Shown here: piece by piece, positions 35,421-48,751 of the stretch
How the letters are laid out: each line of letters begins with the position of its first letter
Numbering within the stretch: the stretch's first letter is position 1
NCBI GenBank assembly: GCA_001938485.1
Contig: MQRK01178878.1
Location: 1 to 64,000, forward strand
Origin: Girardia tigrina
Lineage: Eukaryota
Length of the DNA: 64,000 nt
Direction of reading: 5' to 3'
Made by a program: the position numbers and the translations under genes
Notes under the pieces: generated by a model
Told to the model about the DNA's origin: nothing
The model's database searches: none
What the model saw: only the letters and a program-made list of their open reading frames with translations

Positions 35421-37879
35421 CTGTGCTATATTTTGAGCAACATGCACTTTCCCTGAAGGTTTTCCGTCTAATTTCTATCAAAATTCCGGATATTTTTTGA
35501 ATAAAATTTATTCTGGTGCTGCGGAATATTCTCCATTCGTTTTAAATGACATTCTTCGCCTGCAAACAGAATCATAGGAAGAGTTAGACAGTTTGAGACA
35601 GCAAAATACTTATATCAGAATAAAAAATTAAGTATTTTATCATAATATTCAATCCAGTCGTCTGGCTTTCATTTTTGCAAATTTGTCAATGACGGCGTCT
35701 GGAATGGGGATGAGCTCTAGTTCACAGAGGCGGTCTTCCAGCATAGAAGAACGAAGGTAAGTCTTCAAACGCTTCAATGCACTGAATGATCATTCTGCTG
35801 ACGCATTTGACATGGGAAGCATCACCAATATCTGCATAAATCAGTTAACAGAAAGAAATACTGAGCCTTTTTGTTTTCAAAAACAAAGAAATTTACCTCA
35901 AGCAAACTGGTACTAATTAGAGTCACAGACAGCTAACGTATCTGCTGCAGTCTTAGGCCGCTCATTTAAATTTGTTCTGTCTGCCAACACAAGATCCTCT
36001 CTGCAGAGATCAAATACTGGCTGAAGTTGGTCTACTTCTGAAGTATGTAAAAAATTACACCATACATTTCAATGACAATTGTAAACCAAAGCTTAACTTA
36101 CAAGTCTCGGGACATTTAGATGGAATGATGTGCATTAACCGTGCAGCAGCATGAAAGTGGTTTGAAAAAATCTAAGAGTGTAGTATGGTTGACTCGATAA
36201 ACAGAAGAAAGGCGTGGCACAGATAATATTATGAAATATTCTCATTTTTAACATCTTTGTGAGATCTCAGTATGATTCCAGGTACATGAATCTCTATTTC
36301 AAGAGATTTGCAGATATCTACAATAAAATAATGTGAACATAAAATCGACGTATTCTCCTTTCTCATTATTCTGAAATTCTTACCAACAGCTTCTTAGAAG
36401 GTTGCTCCATAAACCGACTCTGCCATAGCTCTTTTTTCCATCAAAACACACAATATATCTTTCACCATCTCGCAGGCGGACACCAAATCGATTTCGGGCT
36501 TTTGCAAGGTTGGAGAGAGTTGTTGCAGAGTTCCAGTGGTTGCTAGTGTGCATGTGAGACCAATAACAAAGTCTGAGTGGCTTTAAATCTATTCTTGGGT
36601 ACTTCAGCCAGAGTATTTCAAGCATCGGATAGCAAACATAATCTTTTGTAAATTGGAATTATATGCATACGAATGCATAGAAGTGCTTCATGGCACTCAA
36701 CCATACTTTCACACAGTCTAAGAATTCCTATTATTGAGGAAGTTGGATCGTTTTCTATTATCACCTCTTTCAGCTTGCCAGTTCGTAAGGGAGATGAAAA
36801 AAACTGATAATCTTTGATATTTCACATAGAATGTTCTTTATCACTGGAATGTTACACGCTTTACAGGAAGCGAGATTGATGCAGTAGCTAGCACATGTGT
36901 GTGTATAGTGCCATGGGGGGCAGCCTAAAAATATGAGCTTGAACACCTTCATAACGTCCACCTAAATTTTTCTAATGACAGATTGAACTGTGACATAAGC
37001 TGTAGTAAAGTTGAGGTAATTCCTTCTCCTGTTAAGTATTTGACCTCTACAAAGGTCAAGAAATCTTCTCTTATTGTATTTTGGTGCACATAACGGACAA
37101 CGAAGGAGAATTGTTCTGTTATGGATCCATCCGTTGTTTCATCAGCAAGGATGCTAACGAAGTTTGAATTTTGGATCTGATTCACTATTGTTCCTTGAAT
37201 TAAGATTCTGATGATATCGATCAGCTCATTTTGGATACGGTTGCTGAAATACATTGTCCTAGCTTTCAAGTTCTCCAAATTGCTAGTAAGATGGACATCT
37301 ACAGCATCAATTCTAAATTTTAAAAGGCCTCTGAAAATTCCATCATTTTATTCTTTTTCCAAGTTAAGTCCCGAATACTCTCTATGTCCACGAAGTAGCA
37401 AGCCATGGATGTCACAAAAGAAGATAGTTTTTACCACTGGAACCCACCTAAAACGTACAAAAATGCAATGTTACTCAATTATTATAAACAAATTGATTAA
37501 AATTCACAAACAGCGGTAGAGATCGAAATCAAATGCATACCAATGGTTGAACATTTTAATCGTTTTCAATTTTATTTATTGTCTTAGTCACTAGTTTGTA
37601 GTTTTTATTCATAAACTCTAATCTCTCTACTCGTTTACATATCTTTTTGTAGTATAAACAGGTCTGCCTCTGTTACTAACCTCTGACTGTTTTCTTCCAC
37701 TTGTTGTTTGTGAGAAGAATCCAGCTTCGATATCACATCTTCTTCACCTTAAGATACTCGAATAAAATTTTCAGCCATATCTGCGCACCTCATGTGATAA
37801 GTGGTCACCTGATGGTTGTTAAAATTCATTCAGAAAAATAGAAGATATTTTTAATGCGATAAAATTTTAATATATTTAA

Positions 37880-38093
37880 GGAGAAAGTAACCGAATTCCG
37901 GACAGTTATCAAATTCTGGACACTGCCCATAATTTTTATGTAATTAATAATAATGAGGTGAAATTCTGTTTGCAGATAAATAATGTCATTTAAAACGAAT
38001 GGTGAAAATTGCGCCGAACCAGAATAAATTTTAATGAAAAAATTAGCAAGTGTCCGGAATTGGATATCTGTACAGAATTTGGTTGCTTTACCC
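37880..38093. mobile_element. PIF/Harbinger-type MITE (partial inverted copy at about 35482-35572)
   Basis: About 26-bp imperfect TIRs GGAGAAAGTAACC / GGTTGCTTTACCC, with TAA on both sides. Confidence 0.65.
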
Positions 38094-41000
38094 TAAACAT
38101 GAACTTACTCGATTTCATCTTTGAGCTTTGTTAATGAATTTTTAACAAAGATTCCTGCTTTAGAAGCGGAGTTATTACCAAGCATATCTGGAGCAAAGAT
38201 CACGCAGTATTTGCAGAATGCTCCTTTGTTAATATCAGAGTACAAAAACCAAGAGTATTTATTCAGCCATGAATATTGGAACAGTCTATACCTGGATCCT
38301 TGTTTTGTACCTGGAAAACTAAATGTAAAAATAAAGAAACAATATGTTAGACTATTACGACTCAATAAAAGTTTTGTAGATTGAATTAATTTTAATTTTT
38401 ATATACACCTTATAGTTATGAGTTATGCAAAAATATTGAAAAAACAGAAATGAAACAATAAATCTCTATTTTAAATTTAATTGACCATTGTTTATCGATG
38501 ATCTGCACTAGGAATCTATGGCTTTGTTAGGAAATTAACTTTTTCGTAAACAGTCAATCGCGCATCTTCAATCATTTTGCAGGCATTAGCAATTTCAAGT
38601 GGTGAATATAAAGTTTCTACTTCTCTGGCCGTTTCTAGTCACTGGTGCTAGGAATTATACAACTTGAGGTTGAAGTGCTAGCAATTATTTCAATAAGTTC
38701 AACTGGTTCTTCCTCAATTGATTGCTTTGACTTTTTCGAAAAAAGCACTGATTTTACGATACTCAGATGTACACTTCTTCATTTGGAAATTCCGTAAAAA
38801 AACCAAAGAATTGTAATTAGTACTAAATTAAAACACCGCTTTCAATTACTTATTTTATGTCAAAATAAAAAAAACAATGTCAAAATTAATAATTAAATAT
38901 AAATTGAAATGCTATAGAATACGAATTTTATGACAAAAGATAACATTTTAGTAATGTACACATAGGCTAAAAAAATATTTTTTGGAAATCTCTGGGGGGG
39001 GGGGCACCAGGCCCCCATTAATATTGTGTATTGATGGTCCTTTACATCCAGTATAATCCATTTCGCTAGAACAGATGTTTCGACACAAGAAATTTGGTTA
39101 TCGACTTACTACAAATTACTTTCCAGTTAAAATAATTAAAATATTTTTAATAATCGATAAATTTTTGAATTTCACTTTGGAATTAGAAAGCTTTCTATTT
39201 CATTTTAAAAATAAATAAATAAATCATTATATATATAAATTAAAATTAATAAATATTTAAAAGTAGAAACAATAATTTTCGAATAAAAAAATATAATGAA
39301 AAATATATAATTTTTGTACAAAGAACAAGTTAAGCTCAACAACAAACTTGAAACAAATTAGTTACATTGGTTCTCTTTCGAATTTCAATCATTTGCTATT
39401 TTAAAGTCTTTCACTAATTTTCCGTCTCAATGAACGTTCAAAAAGGATTTTCTTAGTGGTGATAATTTATCATTCGTTCCCTTTGTTAAATTAATCAGTA
39501 TACTTACGCTTGGGTTGTGAAATTAACTATGAATAGTCAATGTAGTGTATTTACCTATTCGGACTAAAGAGAACGGGTTACGATATTCCTAACTTTGTTT
39601 GAATCATTTCGAGACATTCCAGGTTTTGCCTGTAAAGTTTGATCACAAACTTTGTTATCTGTAAGAAGGATATTCAATAGCCACTAGCATGGCTTCATTA
39701 TTAATTATGAAAATTTCAATATAAAATATCCACTAGAATCAAGGACCGCACTTGTTATATCTATCTCTTTTCCATAACAATTTCCCTCAAAAGAATCAAA
39801 GATAAATGAAGTTTGCCTTCCTCCTGCAGTGTATGTCTATTTGAAGCATAGAATATTAATGTGATATTTTATTTTATTAAAAATGTGAATCTTCTTCACC
39901 CTTCTGAAAAAAAACAATTTACTTAAATTGAAATTCAATTCTTTTTTTTTATGAATTATCACTTGCTCGCTATGAGTACCCTATCCTAATTTGATATGAG
40001 AGATAGGAACGAATTGTGCGATTTCTATTCACAAGATTCAGTAATCCCTATAACAAATGAATCTCTGAATAATATCAAAAAAGGGCGCAAAAGATGAAAT
40101 TATAATTTCGAAATATTTACTCACTCTCCTTTGACAAAACATATCGACGAAAAATTTTATTTTTTATAAATAATTAGTTTATTGTTTTGTAAGTCTAACG
40201 TCTTCTCACGAATGTTTTCCTCACATATTACCAGACACTTACTCTCTCTTAAAAGTAGAATTATTTCCTAATGAACCCAAGATCACTTGAATTCTGTAAG
40301 AAGAATGTTTTATTTTCAGAAAGGAGTTTCCAGAAAAATCAAATAAATTTTGTTTTGGTAAAAACAGACGTTAGCATTATTTGATAATTTTCAACAAAAG
40401 AAAAACAAAAAAGAAAAATCCAAAATATGTAGCGAAAGTATTATTACAAAACATTTCCACTATTTAATCAATGAAAAATAGAAAATGGAATATAAAAAAA
40501 ATTAGGAATATAAAGTTTGTAATTTTATCTCGACTTCTCTATACCACCAATGTTTATTCTTCCAAACATTGGAGACATAAGGAGGGCTAATTTTCTAATA
40601 TGCTGTTTCATAACCCACTTGATTTCCTTTCAATACAAGAAATTAACAATCACATATATTGTAAGAAAAAATAAATGAGTAAACCTTTCTTAAAAGTTTA
40701 TCTTCCATTTATACGATTGATAATGCTCAATTTTTGTCAGGTTTGATTTGCGAACATTCTTGACTGTATATCTCTTATGAAAACTGTCAAAATCTGTCAG
40801 TAAATATTTGTTCCTCCAAATAATTTGCTCTTCATTACATTCAAGCACAATTTAATACAAAAGTGATGTCCAAGCTGTTTGGCCTATTCTCCCATTTCAA
40901 GCAGCTGTTGTATGTCGGGAGTATTTACCGCACTGGACGACTATGTAAATTTAACCCTAATTAATCATTAAATTAAAAGTCATTATTATGTTCTAATGTT

Positions 41001-41883
41001 GCCGTCACAATATTGACTCGAAACTATTGTTTCTGGATGATTTTCAAGTAAGAGTCAAGCATAGGTCAAACTAAAGACGACATATGTTATCCAAATATAA
41101 TTTTGGTCATAGGAAATGAAAGGACATCTAGAATAATATATTTCTAGATCGGTTTCCACTGTTATATTACCATAAATCAAAACGTCGTTTGACGCAAACT
41201 TTGAAGTCAAAAGGAATATCGGTCTTCTTCATTTAAATAATAATTAATTAATCAACAAAGCCTTTCAGTCGAATTAATGGTGAATATTGTAAATATTTTG
41301 ATTAAATACCTTCGATGATTTCATATACTTTTGGAGGAACTTTCAGTATACGAAGTTTTCTTTTAAAGCGAATTTCTAATTTTTTCCTTTCATTCTTTTG
41401 CTTGTGAGTTTCTATCAAACGGTTCTTCCAAAATATATTAAAAAATTTTCCAAACTATTTAACATTATTCTGAAAAATATTTTGGAAATCATTCGAAAAT
41501 ATAAAGTTAATAATAAAAAAGAAAAATTTTAAAGTTAATTCATGAAAATATTTGAACAAATTCAATTCAATTGAATTAATGACGGGACAATGAATATTTC
41601 TTTCTTTTCCTCAGGAATATTTTTCTAGTTTAAGATAGAGATTTATTGAAATTTTTCGAGGAATTTCTTTCTTCTAAAATGCAAGTTGTTTTCATGAATA
41701 TTCCATTTTTACAATATTTTTGATGTTTCCTTTTGAGAAGCAGAAATACTAGCTTCTGTAAAACTTTCGAAAATGTTACTTTTTATTTTCATATTTTTTT
41801 AATGTTTCTTTTTTTTTATTTTGAATGATCTTTACCATTTTTAAACCATTATAAATTTGAACCACAACGTTCTTCTTACAATA

Positions 41884-42380
41884 TACCCCGATTTGACGCC
41901 GAATCCACATGCAATACTTTAAAATATATGCCGCATTAAATAATACAAAAACAGATACAATCATACGAAAACAATAAAAAAAATCCAGTACCGGTATAAT
42001 TTCATTAATTAAAAAGTATTATATAATGTACTATTTCTATCTCATTCATTTCATCAATTTCATCATTCTCATCATCGTCTTCATCTGATAGGGTGGCATT
42101 CAAGCCCATATATGATATAGCTTCTTGCACTGGGTACATCAGTTCATCTCGATCTGATTCGGCAACTTCACATTTTCTAGTGCAACTAATGACATCAGGA
42201 TTGAAAGAAGTGATGCCTCTCACTTCAAAAGACTTGATAATTATTTCTTACGACACGTTATTTCACGCTTCTTTAATTCATTTTTCCATGTCTGGCTTGC
42301 TGGGGGTGTAAAGATTTTCTGCCGGTGTATGGCCAGCTGTTCGGCTTTTATCTTGTAACCAGTTTTCATCGACTGGTTTT
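41884..42380 (-). mobile_element. pogo/Tigger-like transposase 3' remnant
   Basis: HTPAENLYTPS...*IKEA*NNVS*EIIIKSFEVRGIT followed by an acidic tail, matching the pogo C-terminus. Confidence 0.6.
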
Positions 42381-43080
42381 TCGATCGAATAAAGTTCTTG
42401 ATCATTGGTTATGTTGTACAAATAGAATCTCTTCTGTTTCAAAGGATGAGTTTTCTGTTTTACTGAAGGGCTTTTCTTCCCACTATGAGCGGCAGTTCTG
42501 TGAATCATTATCAATACGACACTACAACCAATTAATAAATATTCAAAATTGACAAAGTGAAGCATTTTTAAATCTTCAAATCTTTTAACATAGTAAAAGC
42601 TAATCTTGCGTACAAATTTAACTGTCATGGATGTAAAAAATCGTACATTGGAGAGACAAATTGTCATCTCCAAACACGGATCAGTGAACACTCATAGTCA
42701 AGTAGATCGAGTAAGGTTCTTGATCACTGCATATGTTGCAAAAAAAATAACTTCCTCTATTTCTAAAGATGAATTTTCTATTTTTTCAGAAGAATTTTGA
42801 TTCCCATAATGAGAGGTTGTATTGTGAATCATTGCTAATAAGACACTATAACCCATTGATCAATATTCAAAAGGGGAAAAGTAAAGCAGCCTCAATATTA
42901 AATATCTTTAAATAAAATAAATTAAATTAATGTTTATTTAAAAAAAAATAAATAAAATAAAACACAAATAAAGTTGATGAAGATGGTCAGAAATTATGAT
43001 CGAAACATGTCCAACGTTGAATTTTTAAAAAAACGCTTTAACACATCTATTCAAAAAATTCAAATTATTGTTCACTAGAC
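42380..43080 (+). mobile_element. Penelope-like element 3' fragments: two diverged tandem GIY-YIG ends
   Basis: AYKFNCHGCKKSYIGET..HLQTRISEH...ERLYCESLLIRHYNPLINIQ (42609-42910), preceded by a paralogous ..ERQFCESLSIRHYNQLINIQ (42380-42550). Followed by (TA)n. Confidence 0.85.
42973..43015 (+). ncRNA. Minimal type I hammerhead ribozyme of Penelope type (core C3 mutated to A)
   Basis: GTTG-[A]TGAAGA-TGGTCA-gaaatta-TGATC-GAAAC-AT-GTC^-CAAC: stem I GTTG/CAAC, stem II GGTCA/TGATC, palindromic ACATGT stem III, GUC cleavage triplet. Confidence 0.65.
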
Positions 43081-43081
43081 T

Positions 43082-43116
<35 letters not shown>

Positions 43117-44040
43117 GAAAAGCATGTTAGTTCTTAATTCAATATAACGACTACAGAATGTTGACAGTGCAGAAACGACGCATTCGCTTTTCATCTGGAG
43201 ATCAAAAGAGCATCACAATGAATGGATTAAACAATGATTTGGCAATGTTTACATTGAAAACTATTTCTTGGTAAAAAAATAATAAAACAAAATATAGTAA
43301 AATATGATAAAGTATTCAAAGAACGAATGAATTCAAGATATGACGCAACAAAAAGGAAGTTATGTAATTTCCGTTCATAAACATATGACATGCTAAATAT
43401 ACAACTGGAAAGTCCCACATCTATCCATTCAATAAAAAGCATCCTTGGAGCCTAATTCAACAATTGCAGTAGTAACCATTACAACAACATTAACAAAAAT
43501 AACATCACTTGATTTATAAACATTTTCTACTGCTTTTTTTGGATCTCTTCTAAGTCATGATTACCATACAGTTTATTCTTTAATATTAATCTTTTTAATG
43601 TTCTATTTATTGCTTCTCTTAATACTGGACTTGATATTTTGCTTATTCCATGGATCAATTAGAAATCTACAATCTGCCTATCTTCTAAACTTTCTATTTG
43701 ATTTGCTAAATCAAGTAAAAATTGCATCAACTCTATTACTGTGAATACTCCAATCATATAAGATATGAATATCTATATCTATTCTCGTCTGTTAAAAGTT
43801 TACTTACATTCTTTTTATATCAATAATATTCACCTTATATTGATATTAATTATATTCTTTATTATATTCTTTTAATTAACGTTGGAATGAATTTAGAAAA
43901 ATTTCTTGAAGATTGATGGATATCACTACCTTCATATTCTTCTGACAGAAGATTTTCATGCCTTTAATAAAAATCAAAAATAGTTATTTGAGGAATATTT
44001 TGAACTAGAAAAAAACGTCATGCAATTTTAATATCTTAAG

Positions 44041-44660
44041 TCTCCCCCTCTTTTGACCTCCGTCGAACGTTTTAACCTTTCAATGCGTCTCTGATTTACG
44101 TCATTTCTGCATGACATGGTAAAACGAATGTGATGATCTTCTATGGTCAGTTTTGGAAATCGTTCTTGTTACTTTTTTTAAGGGTCCACTCGAACTATGA
44201 CCCTCTTTTCCTCTTTGAATTATCTTTCAAATCAGCTCAAATTTCGATACTTTCTTATTTCAATTGCTTTCTCGCTATCAATTCAGAATTGTTTCGGGCT
44301 TCAACAATAATCTTATTCTCCGTTTTAATATGACAACCTACACAGAAATGCACGTTGCTTTCCTCCTGAAAACATTTTTGAAGGGCTAAAATTTTGTTGA
44401 GTCTTATGTAGTAGTATTTAAGCTAAATTCGATCTGTGGCAATAATCCATATCAGTTTTCTGTGTATATTTCCCTTTCAGTAAAGTTGCAATCATATTTC
44501 GCACTGATTTTTTTGCAACATTTGATTGATGTTAATATGTTGAATTAAATTGTAACTGAACCAATCTGCGACTCATAAATTAGTTCTGAAATTTTCGTTC
44601 ATTATCTGTCAGAATACTTGATGGCTTCCAAAATCTGTAAATCCATTTGTGTAGAATGAA
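44041..44660 (-). mobile_element. Gypsy integrase C-terminal remnant with polypurine tract
   Basis: ILTDN...LPQIEFSLNTTT*DSTKF motifs; PPT AAAAGAGGGGGAGA at 44054-44041. Confidence 0.6.
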
Positions 44661-44879
44661 CTTAAATTAGTTAAAATATGGTAAACCTGGCCGTTATTAA
44701 TGAATATTATTGAATATGACGATTATTTATACATTTAAAACGTAATATATGATACTTCAACAACATATTAAATCTTTTTATTAAGTAAAATTTTGGTCAT
44801 ATATAGTCACCAAATAAAATAATGAAGAGATTTTTATTTTTATTAAATCAATTCAAAAACATCAATATATTAATGACTA

Positions 44880-45760
44880 CCTTAATCTTGTAAAGTAGCA
44901 GATAGGTATGAAAAATCAGGAAATTTAGAAAGTACTTTTAGCCATATTGTAGACTCAAGAATGTATAATAACAGAGTTTTATATTTACTTTACAAATATT
45001 TTATTCGAGAGAATGCTGCCTTGCATAAGTATGTGATTCCAAAAAAACAGGATATTTTTTGCCAAATCTTGAAGCTTTGTATATTTTATAGTCATCTTCC
45101 ATATATCCACGAAATTGGTTTGAGTTTTAAACTTTGGTATTAGCTGTCAATTGGTTTTTAATTCTATTAATTCCTTTTTTAGCATAAGTGGTGTATTGTC
45201 AGGTTTCACAAATGAGAAAAAGCAACAAGCAGATTCAAGTTGTTTGAAATCTTTGGATCTAACTGCAAATTCATGCAGTATAAAATCAAGCACATCGATG
45301 ACTTTAGCAGTTGGAATGACTAGTTTTTGTATTTTTCAGCTCACACTGAAAGATGCAAGTTGTGGAAAATGGTAGTAATCGAGCTGCAGTAAGTGATTTT
45401 TCAAAAGATGACATTTGTTAAGAAATTCCTTAACATATCGATAACCATGCAAACTGTAGTTGATGGACCTTGCAATAACAAATTTCAAGTAATGATATAC
45501 ATGAGTGTGACGATAAGAAATGCCAAAGATGCTAAAAAATATTGTCACTTAATTGTCATTATTTTTCATTGATTGAATAAAGATGTAGAATCAGTCGTAT
45601 TGTTTCGCCTCGAGATAAGCAACGAACATCAGTGTTGATAATAATCCCTAGAACGAATGAATAGAACTATTTTCTTGGCTTCATGTACAATGTCACATAA
45701 GACATAATTCTTCTTGTAGTATGATGTATAGAATTTAAAGAACTCATTAACTTTTACTGA
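44880..45760 (-). mobile_element. Buster/SPIN-group hAT transposase remnant
   Basis: TDVRCLSRG (cf. RWLSRG) and FGITYLCKAAFSRIKYL*SK (cf. FGSTYLCEQxFS). Confidence 0.65.
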
Positions 45761-46596
45761 TTCAACCCAACAAGAAACAAAACCGATTTAAAATTTAAGA
45801 TTGACTAAAGATTAATAAACTTGAAGTCAAATTTAAAATATTTCTAAGAACGAATTTATTTAGATGTTTGATTGAAAATTGTTATAATTAAAAAAAATGT
45901 CATTTATGTTTTTCTTATACAGTGAAGATCAAATATTCCAGTTATACCTAAACAAATTTGGTGACTTATTTCAATACAATTGTTATTCTTTGGAATACAT
46001 GTTGTATTGGTGTTTATATTATCGAGTCTTGTGAACGCTAATTTGATATTTTTGAAAAAGAATTTTTTAAAGCTTTTTTTTCAGCAATTAATTATTGTAC
46101 ATGTTTTGAATTTCATTTTCATCATCAACAATTATAATTTAATGTGTAAGGATAGTCAAATGGTAATTGAAATACAATTGACAAATTTAAAATTCCATTG
46201 TTATTCTTTGAAATAAAAGTTGAAATGGTGAAGTATTAATTTTTCTAACGATCGAATATTTGAAAAAAATCAGTTGTGTCAAACTGTAAAATAACATTGT
46301 AATAAATTTGTCGAAATTGTCTCACATCGTCTAACGATCACAGCAATAATAACTATTTGATTACGTTTGAACTGGCGTTCAGTCATTTAGCAAGTTCCGT
46401 ACCGTGTGAGGCGCATACAAACCCGATTGCACTTTTTGTTCAGGCCACTTGGTATCGCGTGGCATGCACAGTGTAAAAACACGTTTATTAGATTTCATTT
46501 GTAAATTCGCTTCATCTTGTTACCATGACATTTAAAATGACACATTTAAACAACTATTTAGTTTTTGGTAAAGAAATTCGGTACTATGAAAATTTA

Positions 46597-47655
46597 AATT
46601 TTGTTCCAAAATATAAAATTTATTGTTCCAGAATATAAAATTTATTGTTCCAAAACATAAAATTTATTGTTCCATAATATAAAAATTATTGTTTCAAATA
46701 TAAAAATTATTATTCCAAAATATAATTTTTTCCTATATGAAATTTGTAGATTATAACGCAGAATGCATAAATATATATTTGAGGTGCAAAAGATTAAAAA
46801 AAACAAATTCGATGTAAGTAAAATAAATAAGTAAATAAGTAAAATAAAGTAAAGCCAAAATAAGTAAAGCCAAAAATTTATTTGAAAAAAAAAATTTAAT
46901 TGAAAAATATTCTTTTTTCCGTATTATCTAAAAGATTTTTGGCTTTTTGAAATCCCGGCACAAAACTTTCCCCATAGCCATCCAAAATGTCTGTCATTCT
47001 TTCTTTGACATCCTCTCGACAATTTTGAAGATCTCATCGACTCCTATAAACAGCCTTTAAATATCCGAAAAACTCTTTGATGGGATCTAACATAGGAGTA
47101 CATGGCGGCAAAAATCTATAAAAAATATTCCTCTGGTTGAATGTTGAGTTAACTTCGGCTTTATGATGGAATCTACAATTATCCATTACTAACACGTGCC
47201 TTTCAAAATATGGTGCCAACACAGTATCAATAAATGCCAAAAACCTGTCACCATTAAAAGCACCATCTACCATTGTGTAGCCAACTATTTCATTTTCCGA
47301 TATTGCGCAAAGTAACGAAATGTTTCTTACCCTATTGGCTGTTACTGTTATGAATGCCTTCGAGTTTATTGGGGAATAACCGTAAAAAGAAGCCACGGGA
47401 AGCTTTAATAGGTCTGCTGTAAGAGTCATTCTGGGTTTTCTTTGTTCTGCCATTGAGTTTGATTAAAAAAGAAATAACTTGGATTTTACACAAATCAATA
47501 AAAAATACGATGTATTAAAACGAATCAAATAAGTATGAATTTTCATTTAAAAAAAATGTTTCAATGTATTGTTAAATTAATTTTTATATAAATTTTATAT
47601 TTTGGAACAATTAATTTAATATTTTGTAAAAATTAATTTTATATTTTGGAACAAC
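46597..47655 (-). mobile_element. Internally deleted IS630/Tc1-like (DD34E) element with 22-bp subterminal arrays
   Basis: ORF 47034-47453: VLVMDNCRFH...FLPPCTPMLDPIKEFF. Six TATTGTTCCAAAATATAAAATT units on the left; inverted copies at about 47590-47655. Confidence 0.8.
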
Positions 47656-48751
47656 CCTAGAAGTCGAATGCCACAATCAACTAAAATGCAAAATTTATAG
47701 ATTTTTAATAATTTTTAAACAAATAATAAAACGGCATTTTACAATGTTAGATATCAATCTGCATCTGGATCCTAGTCCAAGACCTATACTTTTAATTCTT
47801 TTAATCAATTAACTCAATAACCCTAAAGCAGTTCGTATCCCTTATTTAATGATTATCCAATAAGTGTCAATAACTGATGAAAATCGATTGAATATTAGCG
47901 AGTATATTGGACGTTTATAAAACTAAATACTAGAAGGTGATCCTATATTAATTATTATTATTTAATTATTACCATTTATTCCTTAATTTGTAATGATTTG
48001 TAATTTATAATTAAGTTTAAATAATTTGTTTTAATTATTAAATCATTAAGTATACTATACGAGGTTCCAGTTCGACGTCAAGACGGATGGTCAATGTTTT
48101 CCACTGGAGACTCTTAGCACTAACAAGGTTGTCGGCTGTCACAGCTTGATCCGATGGCCTCGACTTCAGCGGCCTTATCTTCTTTCCAACCACTAGAGAG
48201 TTACATAATTAATAGACTTCCCCTGTTAAATTTAATTTAATGATAAAAATGAATGTCATTCAACAAAAATTCAAAATCAGATTAAAATCTTCTAATTTAA
48301 AATCAAAAATGATATGTGTTAGTATTGGTAGGGACACCACTCGGAATAGAACTAATATCCATTAAAATAATTTATATTTTACAATAAAACACTCAATTAC
48401 ACCAATACAGATCGAATTGGAATATTCGGTTTGAGGATCAAATAAAACAATCGATAAATGTTCAAATACACGATGAATCTGAATCTTCAAATTGCGAATA
48501 GAAATTGAATCTTCGGATTGAGAATTGCGAAATTGATTGATACGAATGGATTATTTTGAAAATTTCCGACAGCTCACTGTTTTTAATCCGATCTGTATTT
48601 CAGATAATATTCAAACAAATATACTTTTTTAAAATAAATTAAAATTTTTTAAAGTAAAAATTAAGTAATATAGTCTCTTAAATCATAATAAATAATTGAT
48701 TAATAAGATTTAGAATTAAAAATTGAATTATAAATTGGATGATTTGTTTTA

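Larger units (their letters stand above)
35168..39015 (-). mobile_element. Decayed hAT element (TTF zinc finger/DUF4371, ZMYM1/THAP12-like transposase)
   Basis: CAGGGGTGTGCA terminus. FQYSWLNKYSWFLYS..GAFCKYC, SNRIQNELI, SILADETTD..EQFSFVVRYV and PMSNASAE*SFSALKRLKTYLRSSM. Right terminus eroded; partial TSD CATTAA. Confidence 0.85.
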
